A DNA stretch of 46,343 bases from Desulfobacterales bacterium (GCA_020057225.1 JAGVGH010000053.1:1-46343); one strand, 5' to 3'; shown: positions 1 through 8,552, numbered from the stretch's first letter. The notes: a model not told the origin generated them from the sequence alone. Program-made: numbers and translations.

Positions 1-120
1 ACGGCCGTCACATAACCGTAGGGGCGCACGGCGTGCGCCCGCGATGAAAAAGCGCCCCTAAAATCCTCCTCAGCAGTATTTAGGGATAAGCACTAAGAAA
101 CGACAAATTTGAGGTAGCCC

Positions 121-151
121 GGGTGGTTCCGCGCGAAGCGCAGGTGTGCCC
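121..151. repeat. REP-like GC-rich palindromic unit, copy 1 (just downstream of the GNAT stop)
   Basis: Sequence gggtggttccgcgcgaagcgcaggtgtgccc. It shares the core GGTTCYGCGCGAAGCGCAGGT with the reverse complement of 17703..17735, and the head CCGGGTGGTTCCG with 46310..46323. Confidence 0.4.
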
Positions 152-165
152 GACAGGCTCATCAA

Positions 166-720
166 TCAGAACGGACTTATGAAACGCTCTAAGAGAACCT
201 TCGAGTACATCACCATGTCCTCCCCGGGTCTGTAATAATCCTTGAGCACGGCCTCGGCTTTGTATCCGCAACGCCCGTAAAACGCCCGGGTGGGCGTGTA
301 CTGCTCCCGGGAAGAGGTCTCCGCGTACATCCGCGCGGCCCCCATGCGCCGCGCCGCCTCTTCTGTCCTGGCCAGAAGGTGTTTCCCCAAAGACCTCCCC
401 CGGAGCGCCGGGTCCACCACAATCCAATAGAGGTCCTGGGAAGAGAGCGTGCCGGGTATAGGCCCATGGCAGGTGTAGCCCAAAACACGGCCCGCGCGCT
501 CGGCGAACACGAAAAAATAACCGCTCCTGTCCCCCTTGGAGAGCCTCTCCTCAACCAGCTCCACGGCGACCCCGGTTTCCTCCTCCGAGAAAAAACCCGA
601 TTCCGCCACCATGCGCCGGACAGTTTCCACGTCCCCTGGCCGGGCGGTTTCCCGGTATGTCACGTCTTCGGGCGCCGGGCACTGGTTTGCCAGGGCCTTC
701 CAGATGCTTGCCTCTCCCAT
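166..720 (-). CDS. GNAT family N-acetyltransferase
   Basis: ORF 166..816 trimmed to the ATG at 720 (MGEASIWKAL...), 16 nt after the stop of the upstream gene. It has the acetyl-CoA-binding-type motif RGRSLGKHLL and a GNAT-like core (YWIVVDPALRG ... FYGRCGY). Confidence 0.85.
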   Translation of the reverse strand: MGEASIWKALANQCPAPEDVTYRETARPGDVETVRRMVAESGFFSEEETGVAVELVEERLSKGDRSGYFFVFAERAGRVLGYTCHGPIPGTLSSQDLYWIVVDPALRGRSLGKHLLARTEEAARRMGAARMYAETSSREQYTPTRAFYGRCGYKAEAVLKDYYRPGEDMVMYSKVLLERFISPF

Positions 721-736
721 GCGGGTTCCTTTGCGT

Positions 737-1762
737 TTAGGGCCGTGAACAGTCCCGGGCGATTCTTCCCACCACATCCGTGAAACTGAGACCCGCCTCG
801 GCCGCCGCGGCCGCAAAGCCGCTGTCCGGGGCGATGCAGGGGTTGGCGTTCACCTCCAGTATCCACGGCCTGCCCTGGCTGTCCAGGCGGAAATCCACAC
901 GGGCGTATCCCTTGAGGTTGAAAACCTTCCAGCAGCTTAGGGAGAGATCCGCGAGTGATTCAACAAGCGGTCCGTCTCCCGGCGCCCGGGCAAAGCTCCT
1001 GGGTGTGTTGTGGTAGCCGTGGGACGAGGGATCCCACTTGGCGGCGTAGTCCACTATTTTTGGAGCGCCTTCCGGATGGTTGACAAACAGGATTTCCGCG
1101 GGAGGCAGCGCCTCGGGAACGCCGTCTGGCCCGGCAAGAAGGGAGATGTTGAACTCCCTGCCGTCAATGAAGCGTTCGGCGTAGCACTCCCCTCCAAGCC
1201 TCTTTTTCCGCGCGCGCATAAGGGCCGCAAGCTCCCGGGCGTCCTTGGCCTCCACCACGGAATCCGGTCCCATGCCGATGGAGGCGTGCTCCCACACGGA
1301 CTTGATGATGAAGCGTCCGGAAACCTCCCGGTCTTTGGCTTTGCGGGATACGGGGGACGCAAGCCCGGGCAGGGTGTGGCTTTCAGGGGTTGGAAGCCCG
1401 GACGCGGCAAGGATGCGTTTGCCAAGGGCCTTGTTGGAGGTGAGGAACATGGCCTCGGAGCCGGAGCCGGTGAAGGGAAGGCCCAGGGTCTCCAGCAGGG
1501 CCGGGGCCAGGTGAATGAGCCGCCCGCGGCCTCCGGGCCCTTCGACAAGGTTCACCGTCAACCGGGGCTTGAGGCGCAGGATGTCTTTCCGGACGCGCTC
1601 CATGTCCAGGGTGAAAGAGACGGGCGACGGGCCGTATCCCAGGGCGGGCAAAACCAGGCGCACAGCCTCGGCCTGTGCCAGGGCGTCCTCCTCGTCCGGG
1701 GGAGCGCCGGGTTCCACCGGGCAATAAAGAATGGCGGCGCGTTTCATCCGCGTGGCAGGCAT
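737..1762 (-). CDS. ATP-grasp ligase, D-alanine--D-alanine ligase family (paralog 2)
   Basis: The ORF opens at TTG 1771, overlapping the upstream stop (TTGA). ATG 1762 has GGGGA 9 nt upstream; ATG 1747 is an alternative start. The Ddl-like layout includes LGLPFTGSGSEAMFLTSNKALGKRILAASGLPTP and the C-terminal ILEVNANP ATP-grasp motif. Confidence 0.85.
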   Translation of the reverse strand: MPATRMKRAAILYCPVEPGAPPDEEDALAQAEAVRLVLPALGYGPSPVSFTLDMERVRKDILRLKPRLTVNLVEGPGGRGRLIHLAPALLETLGLPFTGSGSEAMFLTSNKALGKRILAASGLPTPESHTLPGLASPVSRKAKDREVSGRFIIKSVWEHASIGMGPDSVVEAKDARELAALMRARKKRLGGECYAERFIDGREFNISLLAGPDGVPEALPPAEILFVNHPEGAPKIVDYAAKWDPSSHGYHNTPRSFARAPGDGPLVESLADLSLSCWKVFNLKGYARVDFRLDSQGRPWILEVNANPCIAPDSGFAAAAAEAGLSFTDVVGRIARDCSRP

Positions 1763-1767
1763 GGTGT

Positions 1768-2832
1768 TCAATCCCCTGTCCAGACCAGGGTATCCAGATA
1801 GTTTTCAAGCTCCCTGTCCAGGGGAAGCGGCTCCTCGGCCAGAGGCGCGGGAAAGGGAAGCCCCTCCCGGGACAGGGCGGAGCGCATGATTTGACCTAAA
1901 AGGTCCCGATAGGTAAGCCCGGCTAGCCCGCACAGGATTGGGAGGTCGGAATGCCGGGGATGGATGCCGGCCAGAGGGTTCACCTCGATGAAACACATCC
2001 TCCCCTTGGCGTCCGCGCGCACATCCACACGGCCCGCGTCCCTGCATCCCAGGGCCCTGTAGGCCGCAAGGGCCACCTGGCAGGCTTCCTGCCCCAGGGG
2101 GCCTGTCTCGATACGGTATTCCACCCGTCCGTCGCAGTTCTCCTTGTTGAACCAGGAATACACGCCCGGCTCCGCGGTATCGAGCAGCACCACCTCCATG
2201 GCGCCCAGGGCCCGGGCGTTTTGTCCGGCGCCGGCGATGCCCACGGTGAATTCCCGACCGGGGAGGTATTCCTCCACAAGCACAGGCTGCCGGTATTTCT
2301 CCAGAAGCTCCCGGCCCACGCGGGCGAGGTCCTCCCGGGTTTCCGCCCGGGACGCCGGGCTCACGCCCTTGCCGGTGCCCTCGGCAAGAGGCTTGGCAAA
2401 GAGCGGGAAGGGAAGGTTTATGGATTGGAAGTCTTCCGGGGTCTCCGCCACGGCGAAATCCGGGGTTGGAATTCCCAGGTCCCGCGCAACACGCTTGGCC
2501 GCGGCTTTATCCAGAGTGACACAGAGGCAAAGCGGTCCCGCGAATGTGTAGGGGATTTTCCAGGCGTCCAGAAGGGCGGGAACCAGGGCTTCCCTGCCTG
2601 TGCCGTAGAGTCCTTCGGCGATGTTGAACACGATGTCCCAGCGGGCGCCGGAAAGAAGCCGGGCCATGAGGCTTTTGGCGTTGCCCGCGCGCTCTGTTTG
2701 AAACCCCAGGGAGCGCAGGGTGGCCTCGATACCCTCGATGGTCTGGATGGAGTCGAACTCCGCGCATTCCTCCAGGGACATTCCCTCGTTGAGATAGTCA
2801 TCCCGCAAATCGTAGCACAATCCGACGAGCAT
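1768..2832 (-). CDS. ATP-grasp ligase, D-alanine--D-alanine ligase family (paralog 1)
   Basis: ORF trimmed to ATG 2832 (MLVGLCYDLRDDY...), with GAGG 9 nt upstream. It contains WKIPYTFAGPLCLCVTLDKAAAKRVARDLGIPTP and the FIEVNPLAG ATP-grasp core. It aligns with the downstream gene and so is a paralog of it. Confidence 0.85.
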   Translation of the reverse strand: MLVGLCYDLRDDYLNEGMSLEECAEFDSIQTIEGIEATLRSLGFQTERAGNAKSLMARLLSGARWDIVFNIAEGLYGTGREALVPALLDAWKIPYTFAGPLCLCVTLDKAAAKRVARDLGIPTPDFAVAETPEDFQSINLPFPLFAKPLAEGTGKGVSPASRAETREDLARVGRELLEKYRQPVLVEEYLPGREFTVGIAGAGQNARALGAMEVVLLDTAEPGVYSWFNKENCDGRVEYRIETGPLGQEACQVALAAYRALGCRDAGRVDVRADAKGRMCFIEVNPLAGIHPRHSDLPILCGLAGLTYRDLLGQIMRSALSREGLPFPAPLAEEPLPLDRELENYLDTLVWTGD

Positions 2833-3073
2833 GGGGAGCCGCCTCGCGCGCGGCTGAAATGACACGGGGGCGGCCTCGGGGTCTGTTCAAAAATTACTGT
2901 ACCCTTCGGTGGCCGCTTTATCCCGTGCGGCGGCGTTCCGCTCCTTGCGGAATAGAGAGACTATTCCGGGAGGAGCGCGCCTTGCCGCCCGGGCAAATCG
3001 GCCACCTCTGTGTGGAACATTAATTTTTTCACAGACCCTATAGCCGCCCCCGGCGGTGACAGGAAACAGCGGT

Positions 3074-4399
3074 TTAGAGAAGAGGCCCGCAACCCGCGTC
3101 CGGAACCGGGTCCGGATACCGGTAGATATTGCCTTCATAGTTTTGCAGCACAAGGCCCTCCGGCCCGTGGGCTTTCACATACTCCGGCAGCAGGGGGATT
3201 TTCCCGCCGCCGCCAGGGGCGTCCACCACGTAATGGGGCACCGCGTAGCCGCTGGTGTGGCCCCGGAGTCCCTGGATAACGTCCAGGCCCGCCTTGACCG
3301 TGGTTCTGAAATGCGCGCTGCCCGTTATCGGGTCGCACTGGTAGAGGTAGTAGGGCCGTACCCTCTGGCGCAGGAGCCCCTGGACCAGACGGGTCATCAC
3401 CGGCGCCCCGTCGTTCACCCCCTTGAGCAAAACCGTCTGGCTCCCCAAGGGAATCCCCGCGTCCGCCAGCCGCTCGCAGGCCTGGCGGCATTCGGGAGTG
3501 AGCTCGTCCGGATGGGCGAAGTGCAGGCTCATCCAGAGCGGATGGTGTTTTTTCAGCATCCGGACCAGGGCCGGGGTGATCCGCTGGGGCAAAACCGCGG
3601 GCACCTTGGTTCCGATGCGGATAATTTCCACGTGGGGAATGTTCCGCAGCCGGGCAAGAAGCCAGTCCAGCTTTGCGTCCTCCATGGTCAGGGGGTCGCC
3701 CCCGGAAATGAGCACGTCGCGCACCGAGGGCGTGGCCCTGATATACGCGAGCGCCTCTTCCCAGGAGCGCTTGTTTGCCCTCTGGCTGCCGCCGCGTCCC
3801 ACCATGCGGCTCCGGGTGCAGTAGCGGCAGTAGGTCGAGCAAAAGTCCGTGACCAGAAAGAGCACGCGGTCCGGGTATCTGTGAATAAGTCCAGGGGCCA
3901 CGGCGTGGCCGTCCTCGCCCAGAGGGTCGTCGGCCTCTTCCGGCCCTTTCAGGTACTCGCCCATGGTCGGCACCACGGTGCGCCGAAGGGGCTGCGCCGG
4001 GTCCGCCGGGTCAAGAAGGCTCATGTAGTAGGGCGTCACCGCTGTTGGGAAACACCCCGCCGCGCGCCCAAGGGCGGCCTTCTCGTCCTCCGAGAGGGCA
4101 AGCATGGCGCCGAGACGGCCCGCGTCCGCAACGCGGTTTTTAATCTGCCATCTCCAGTCGCACCACTCCGCGTCTGTCGTGTTCCTGAAATGCCGGGCGA
4201 TGAATGCCCGCGTGGATTCGCCGACATGGAAGTCCGCGTGGGCCGGCCTCTTGGGGAGGCGGACGACACAGGGTCCGGTGGGGGGTTGAATGCTCCCGGA
4301 TTCGCGCGGGACTGTCACTCCCGCCATCCAGGATTCGGGCGCCCTGGAATGGGCGCCCGGAGGCTCCGCGGCTTCATTGGTTAGAGCCATGGTCTCCAT
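3074..4399 (-). CDS. kamA: KamA-family radical SAM lysine 2,3-aminomutase-like protein
   Basis: It carries the radical-SAM CxxxCxxC motif in FLVTDFCSTYCRYCTRS. KamA-type N-terminal block: EWCDWRWQIKNRV ... AVTPYYMSLLDPADP. C-terminal block: GYAVPHYVVDAPGGGGKIP. The start is uncertain (4399, 4390 or 4327); any of them leaves a 40-65 aa N-terminal extension. Confidence 0.9.
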   Translation of the reverse strand: METMALTNEAAEPPGAHSRAPESWMAGVTVPRESGSIQPPTGPCVVRLPKRPAHADFHVGESTRAFIARHFRNTTDAEWCDWRWQIKNRVADAGRLGAMLALSEDEKAALGRAAGCFPTAVTPYYMSLLDPADPAQPLRRTVVPTMGEYLKGPEEADDPLGEDGHAVAPGLIHRYPDRVLFLVTDFCSTYCRYCTRSRMVGRGGSQRANKRSWEEALAYIRATPSVRDVLISGGDPLTMEDAKLDWLLARLRNIPHVEIIRIGTKVPAVLPQRITPALVRMLKKHHPLWMSLHFAHPDELTPECRQACERLADAGIPLGSQTVLLKGVNDGAPVMTRLVQGLLRQRVRPYYLYQCDPITGSAHFRTTVKAGLDVIQGLRGHTSGYAVPHYVVDAPGGGGKIPLLPEYVKAHGPEGLVLQNYEGNIYRYPDPVPDAGCGPLL

Positions 4400-4474
4400 T
4401 TTAGTGTGTTTCTTGCGCCTCCGTAAATTGAGAGTCAGTGCGGCGCTTTCCCGCGCCGGGGGTGCTGCGCGTTG

Positions 4475-4840
4475 CTACGGGGCCGCGGGGCCCTCCTTCT
4501 TCCCCGCCGCGTCGTTCTCCCCGTCCTCCGCCCCTTCCATATCGGCTTCCTCCGGGGCGGGATCCGGTACGTCCCCTAAAACCTTATAAGAAGTGACCCG
4601 GATGATTTTTCCCCACTCGTCCTCGTCCACCGAGCCGGTCACCTCGACCAGCTTGGGTCCCAGATTGACGAGCTCCCGGCCCTTGCCCGAGTCCTCGATG
4701 TCGTAGGACTGGCCGTCCTGGGCCGAAAGGGTAAACTCGGCCACCGTTCCCTGGATGGCGAGGGTCTGGCCCGCCTCGGCCGCCAGGGAAAAAAGCAGGA
4801 CAAAGACCGCGAACACAAAGAAGGCCGCTGCGTTTTTCAT
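4475..4840 (-). CDS. small secreted hypothetical protein (paralog B)
   Basis: The ATG at 4840 overlaps the upstream stop (ATGA), with GGGGAG 9 nt upstream. Signal-peptide-like N-terminus MKNAAAFFVFAVFVLLFSLAAEA and an acidic C-terminal tail. It shares the core G.V.(D/E)E.(G/W).K.IRV with the upstream gene. Confidence 0.7.
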   Translation of the reverse strand: MKNAAAFFVFAVFVLLFSLAAEAGQTLAIQGTVAEFTLSAQDGQSYDIEDSGKGRELVNLGPKLVEVTGSVDEDEWGKIIRVTSYKVLGDVPDPAPEEADMEGAEDGENDAAGKKEGPAAP

Positions 4841-5145
4841 TTCCGGGCGCTCCCCGGGGCCATGCGCCCCGCTCCGCCGGACTCCGCCGGGCGCGCCGGT
4901 TCCCGGGCCTGTTCCCGGAAACGGCATGTCTCAACGCGTATGGACTTGCGGCCGCCCTCGTCGTACACGGTGCCCTCGGCCTCGACCATTCCGCGCAGGA
5001 AAGGCCCCAGCGCGTCCCTCATCCCGCCGGGCAGAACCTCATACTCCTCCTCGCCCGGCGTGGATATGAGATACCCCACAGCCAGGCCAGAGGCGTCCCA
5101 CGCCGAGGCCAGCACAAGTCCCTCCACCTTGCCAAACACGCCCAT
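4837..5145 (-). CDS. small hypothetical protein (paralog A, no signal peptide)
   Basis: ATG 5145 is preceded by AGGAG with a 5-nt spacer. The product MGVFGKVEGLVLAS... contains MVEAEGTVYDEGGRKSIRVETCR, which aligns with LVEVTGSVDEDEWGKIIRVTSYK of the next gene. Confidence 0.65.
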   Translation of the reverse strand: MGVFGKVEGLVLASAWDASGLAVGYLISTPGEEEYEVLPGGMRDALGPFLRGMVEAEGTVYDEGGRKSIRVETCRFREQAREPARPAESGGAGRMAPGSARK

Positions 5146-5208
5146 GTCCGCTCCTGGTTTGTGGCGGCGCCTTGACGCCGTTTGACCGGAACCTCTGGAC
5201 ATGCTCTT

Positions 5209-5224
5209 ATCAAGACCTGTGCCA
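5209..5224 (-). promoter_or_regulatory. candidate sigma-54 (-24/-12) promoter
   Basis: The minus strand reads TGGCAC-AGGTC-TTGAT. That is a perfect -24 element with correct 5-nt spacing, but the -12 element is TTGA rather than TTGC. It sits about 65 nt upstream of ATG 5145 and immediately downstream of a sigma-54 activator gene. Confidence 0.5.
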
Positions 5225-5391
5225 AGTTTATAACATACTGATTTTTAGATATTTATCAGGTCTTATGGGCGATAGCCAAAACCCTCTCGGCAGGCCTCGG
5301 AACCCTTTTCCTTGCCCCGGCCCGGCGCGTCCGGTTCCAAAGGGTGGTGGACCTTATACAAGTCCATGATATAAATCAAGAAATATTAAAC

Positions 5392-5406
5392 GGAACTCCG
5401 GGTTCC
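5392..5406. promoter_or_regulatory. GGAAC-N5-GTTCC dyad: either the terminator hairpin of the activator gene or an upstream activator site
   Basis: ggaactccgggttcc lies 44 nt past the stop of the activator gene and about 170 nt upstream of the -24 element. More GGAAC/GTTCC half-sites occur at about 5299, 5334 and 5432. On the minus strand the hairpin is followed by TTTAATATTT. Confidence 0.35.
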
Positions 5407-5449
5407 CGTTTTTTTCTCAAGGGAAGCGCCGGTTCCGCTTTTTTCTCTG

Positions 5450-6910
5450 TCAGGGGGCCCTGACTCCCCGGAACTGCTCTTTTTTCAACCCGTGCCGCGC
5501 CATGAGCTTGTGCAACTGCCGCGCGGTGATGCCCGCGGCCTTGGCGGCCTCGTTGATTTTTCCCTGGTGCCGGGAAAGAACCCCGTGGAGATACTCCCGC
5601 TCCGCCGCGATAAGCGTCCGCTGCCGGTGCTGGGCAAGGGTCGGCTCCGGTCCCGCAGGGTCCATGGCCAACGGCCCGGATTGCGGCACGTACACAAAAA
5701 GCTCCGCCGGAAAATTCTCCGGGGAGAGCGCGGTCCCGCTCTCAAGGATATAGGCCCGCTCCACCAGGTTCTCGAGCTCCCGGATATTGCCGGGCCAGTC
5801 ATACAACTGAAGCGCCTCGATGACAAGAGGGTCAATCTCCGTGATTCCCTTGCCGTACTGCCGCTCCAGGGCGCGGAGAAAAAACAGGGCGAACTGCTCC
5901 GCGTCCTCGATGCGTTCCGAGAGCGGCGGTACCTGGATGGGGAACACATTGAGCCTGTAGAAAAGATCCTTGCGGAAGCCGCCTTCCCGGGCCAGGGCCT
6001 GCAGGTCCATGTTGGTGGCGGCGATGATCCGGACATCCCCCTCGATGGCCTGCTCGCCGCCCACCCGGGTGAAGCACCCGTCCTGAAGCACTTGAAGCAG
6101 CTTCACCTGGGCGCCCGGCGTAAGGGTCGCGATCTCGTCCAAAAAGATGGTGCCGCCCTTGGCGATTTCAAAGCGTCCGAGTTTCCGGCGCGCGGCGCCT
6201 GTGAAAGCGCCTTTCTCATGGCCAAACAGCTCGCTTTCAAGCAGGGTGTCGGGAATGGCGCCGCAGTGAACAGCGATAAACGGCCCGTTCCTTCGGCTGC
6301 TGTGCCGGTGAATGAGGCGGGCCAGCACGCCTTTTCCTACTCCGGTTTCGCCTATCAGAAGCACGGTGCTCCGGGTGGGGGCCACGGAGCGGATGTTTTC
6401 AAAGACCCGGCACATGAGGGGGCTTTGGGTCTGGACAACGTCCAGGGCGTCCTTTTCCCAGAATTCACCCCTGAGGTAGGCGAGCTCGGAGCGGGCCGCC
6501 GCGTGGGAGCGGAGTTTCTCCACAAGATGCCGGGCAAGCTCGGGCCGGACAGGGTAGAGGAGGTGTCCCGCCGCTCCGGCTTTTTCAGCCAGCACGGTTT
6601 CCCGGGCCATTTCCTGCGACGCGAGCACAATCACGTCCATGGCGGGGTAAAGGGCCTTGAAGGGGGCGAGCATCTGGCCGGGAGCGTCTTTGGGCGCGCA
6701 TTCCAGAAGCAGGGGAAGATGGGCGAAGACGAACTCGTGCCGGTTAAGGCGGAGGATGTCGAGGGCCGCGGTGGCGGTGGGCGCCCAGGCCAGGGAATAG
6801 TCCGGAGCGAGGCACGCGGCCAGGGTGTCGCGGGTGGCGGGGTCGCTTCCCGCAAGAAGGGCGCGCTTGGGGGGGCGGTTGCTTTTGGGGGCTTCTCCTG
6901 GCTGGTCCAT
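5450..6910 (-). CDS. sigma-54-dependent Fis-family transcriptional activator (NtrC-like) with a degenerate receiver domain
   Basis: ORF trimmed to ATG 6910, with GAGG 5 nt upstream. AAA+ sigma-54 interaction module: GETGVGKGVLARLIH (Walker A), ESELFGHEKGAFTGA (GAFTGA loop), FLDEI (Walker B). C-terminal Fis-type HTH: INEAAKAAGITARQLHKLM. Confidence 0.92.
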   Translation of the reverse strand: MDQPGEAPKSNRPPKRALLAGSDPATRDTLAACLAPDYSLAWAPTATAALDILRLNRHEFVFAHLPLLLECAPKDAPGQMLAPFKALYPAMDVIVLASQEMARETVLAEKAGAAGHLLYPVRPELARHLVEKLRSHAAARSELAYLRGEFWEKDALDVVQTQSPLMCRVFENIRSVAPTRSTVLLIGETGVGKGVLARLIHRHSSRRNGPFIAVHCGAIPDTLLESELFGHEKGAFTGAARRKLGRFEIAKGGTIFLDEIATLTPGAQVKLLQVLQDGCFTRVGGEQAIEGDVRIIAATNMDLQALAREGGFRKDLFYRLNVFPIQVPPLSERIEDAEQFALFFLRALERQYGKGITEIDPLVIEALQLYDWPGNIRELENLVERAYILESGTALSPENFPAELFVYVPQSGPLAMDPAGPEPTLAQHRQRTLIAAEREYLHGVLSRHQGKINEAAKAAGITARQLHKLMARHGLKKEQFRGVRAP

Positions 6911-7322
6911 GGCGCCTCGCCGGGAAGGTGTCAGAGGGGGCGGAATGAGACGGGCCGCCGGGCGCGCTGTCCATGTCCCCTGCGGGAGACGGGCAGGGCG
7001 CCCGGCGCGTTGGAGGTTTGTAGCGCCGGAGGGGGTCTTGGTCAAGAGGATAATGGGGGAGAAGAGCAGGCCCCGGCGCTAGCGTCCGTTTTTTCACAAG
7101 CGGGCGGGAGGCCATGGATTCCGGCGGAAGGACCGTTGCTTCCAGAATGGCGTGGAACGCGCTTCCGGGAGGCATCTTGTCGGCGTCATGGAAAGCAAGG
7201 CAGGGGCGGCAAGGAAAAGCAAGGCAGGGGCGCCGGAGCGGCCCGCCGGACTGGCCTGCGGGACAAGCGCCTGCCGAAAGGCGGAGCGCCCCGGCGTTTC
7301 CAGTCCCCTTATGCCCCGGGCT

Positions 7323-7370
7323 GAAAACAAAACGGGGGAAAACCCGGTCTGTGTTCCGGTTTTCCCCCGT
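7323..7370 (-). terminator. Rho-independent terminator closing the V-ATPase operon
   Basis: The minus strand reads ACGGGGGAAAACCGG-aacacaga-CCGGGTTTTCCCCCGT followed by TTTGTTTTC. It lies 36 nt downstream of the stop at 7406. Confidence 0.8.
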
Positions 7371-7405
7371 GTGCCAACTGCGCCAGCGAATCGGCGTGAA
7401 AAACA

Positions 7406-8023
7406 CTACATCTTTGTTCCTGCCACGTGGCAAATCACGTCCGCGGCTTCCTCGTATGTCAACGCGCTGGTGTTGAGAACCAAGTGGTACATGCACGGGT
7501 CAACAGGGTCGCCTTTCTCAAAGCTTTCAAGAAAGTTCACCCTCTTTTTTTCCTCAACCCTGGCAATCTGTTCCGCTTTTGCCCCGTCCAGCTTGTAATT
7601 CCGCATCAGCATGGCCACCCGGTCTTCTTCCCGCGCGACCAGTTGAACCCGCAACACCCCGGGATTGTCCGCAAGGATGACAGCCGCGGCCCGCCCAAGG
7701 AACACGACGGACTGGCTTGCGGCTATATCCTCGATGGCTTTGACAAGAAACTTTCTGTACCGTTTCTCGTCAAATTCACTCTGGATGCCCGGAATATGGC
7801 GGATGCTCATGCTGCTGTAGAAGATTTCATGGAAGAAATCCAACAGCGTGTCACCAAAAAGCTTTTCAGCCTCCGCGACACGCGCCGTGGAAATTCCCGC
7901 GCGCCGCGCCACCTCGTTAACCACCGCCTGGTCAACAAGCCTGTAGCCAAGCCGCTCTGCGGCAATCTCCGCCACCCTGGTGCCGCCCGAACCGTACTGC
8001 CGGGCGATTGCGACCGCTTTCAT
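7406..8023 (-). CDS. cytidylate kinase-like family protein (AAA/P-loop-like, GSGG motif)
   Basis: The N-terminus MKAVAIARQYGSGGTRVAEIAAERLGYRLVDQAVV is typical of the Cytidylate_kin2-type family. It is the last gene before the operon terminator. Confidence 0.7.
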   Translation of the reverse strand: MKAVAIARQYGSGGTRVAEIAAERLGYRLVDQAVVNEVARRAGISTARVAEAEKLFGDTLLDFFHEIFYSSMSIRHIPGIQSEFDEKRYRKFLVKAIEDIAASQSVVFLGRAAAVILADNPGVLRVQLVAREEDRVAMLMRNYKLDGAKAEQIARVEEKKRVNFLESFEKGDPVDPCMYHLVLNTSALTYEEAADVICHVAGTKM

Positions 8024-8077
8024 GGCTTCTCCCTCCGGAGATGCGGGATAAAACCCCTCACCCGCTGTCCTGCCGGA

Positions 8078-8515
8078 TTATTTAAGAGAACCGGCCATGA
8101 CGATTCCGGCGACCAGCGCGAAGATGGCGAAGCTCTCGACAATACCGACCGCCGCAAAACACTTGCCGAAGATTTCCTGCTTTTTGGAAGATGCCTGGAT
8201 GCCCGTGGCCGCGACCCTGCCCTGATAGACAGCGGAAATCGCGATGGGCAGCCCGCAGAAAACTCCAATGGCAAGGCAGGCAAGACCGGAGGTCTGCACC
8301 TTGGGGAGCAGGATGAACATCAGAATCAGCCCGTAAATCGTCTGGCTGGAAGGCGCGGCGGAGATACCAATGAATTTTCCATGCCCCTCGTCCACTTTGG
8401 CCATGGCGCCATGGGAAACCGCACCCGCCGTGTACACCCCAATGGCGCTTCCAATAGCCGGAATACCAATGGCAATAGCGCAACCCAAATACCCGAGAAC
8501 CGTTGTGTAATCCAT
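8078..8515 (-). CDS. ntpK: V-type ATP synthase subunit K (proteolipid, 4 TM helices)
   Basis: A 145-aa double-hairpin proteolipid. It aligns by eye to Enterococcus NtpK blocks: PSSQTIYG, AVYQGRVAATGIQ, AAVGIVESFAIFALV. Confidence 0.9.
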   Translation of the reverse strand: MDYTTVLGYLGCAIAIGIPAIGSAIGVYTAGAVSHGAMAKVDEGHGKFIGISAAPSSQTIYGLILMFILLPKVQTSGLACLAIGVFCGLPIAISAVYQGRVAATGIQASSKKQEIFGKCFAAVGIVESFAIFALVAGIVMAGSLK

Positions 8516-8552
8516 TCGCTCAAACCTCCTAGCCTAGGCCGCAAACTGTTTT

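Noticed and set aside
5492-7324. Long antisense ORFs opposite well-supported genes: 5492..7324, 3056..4384, 12459..14453, 17894..20071, 19068..20369, 39432..40583, 41211..42575, 41399..42763 and 44348..46156.
   Set aside because: Each lies opposite a gene with unmistakable conserved motifs (EBP, KamA, V-ATPase A, PheT, ABC, MFP, TolC). The translations are Arg/Gly/Pro/His-rich with no recognisable domains.
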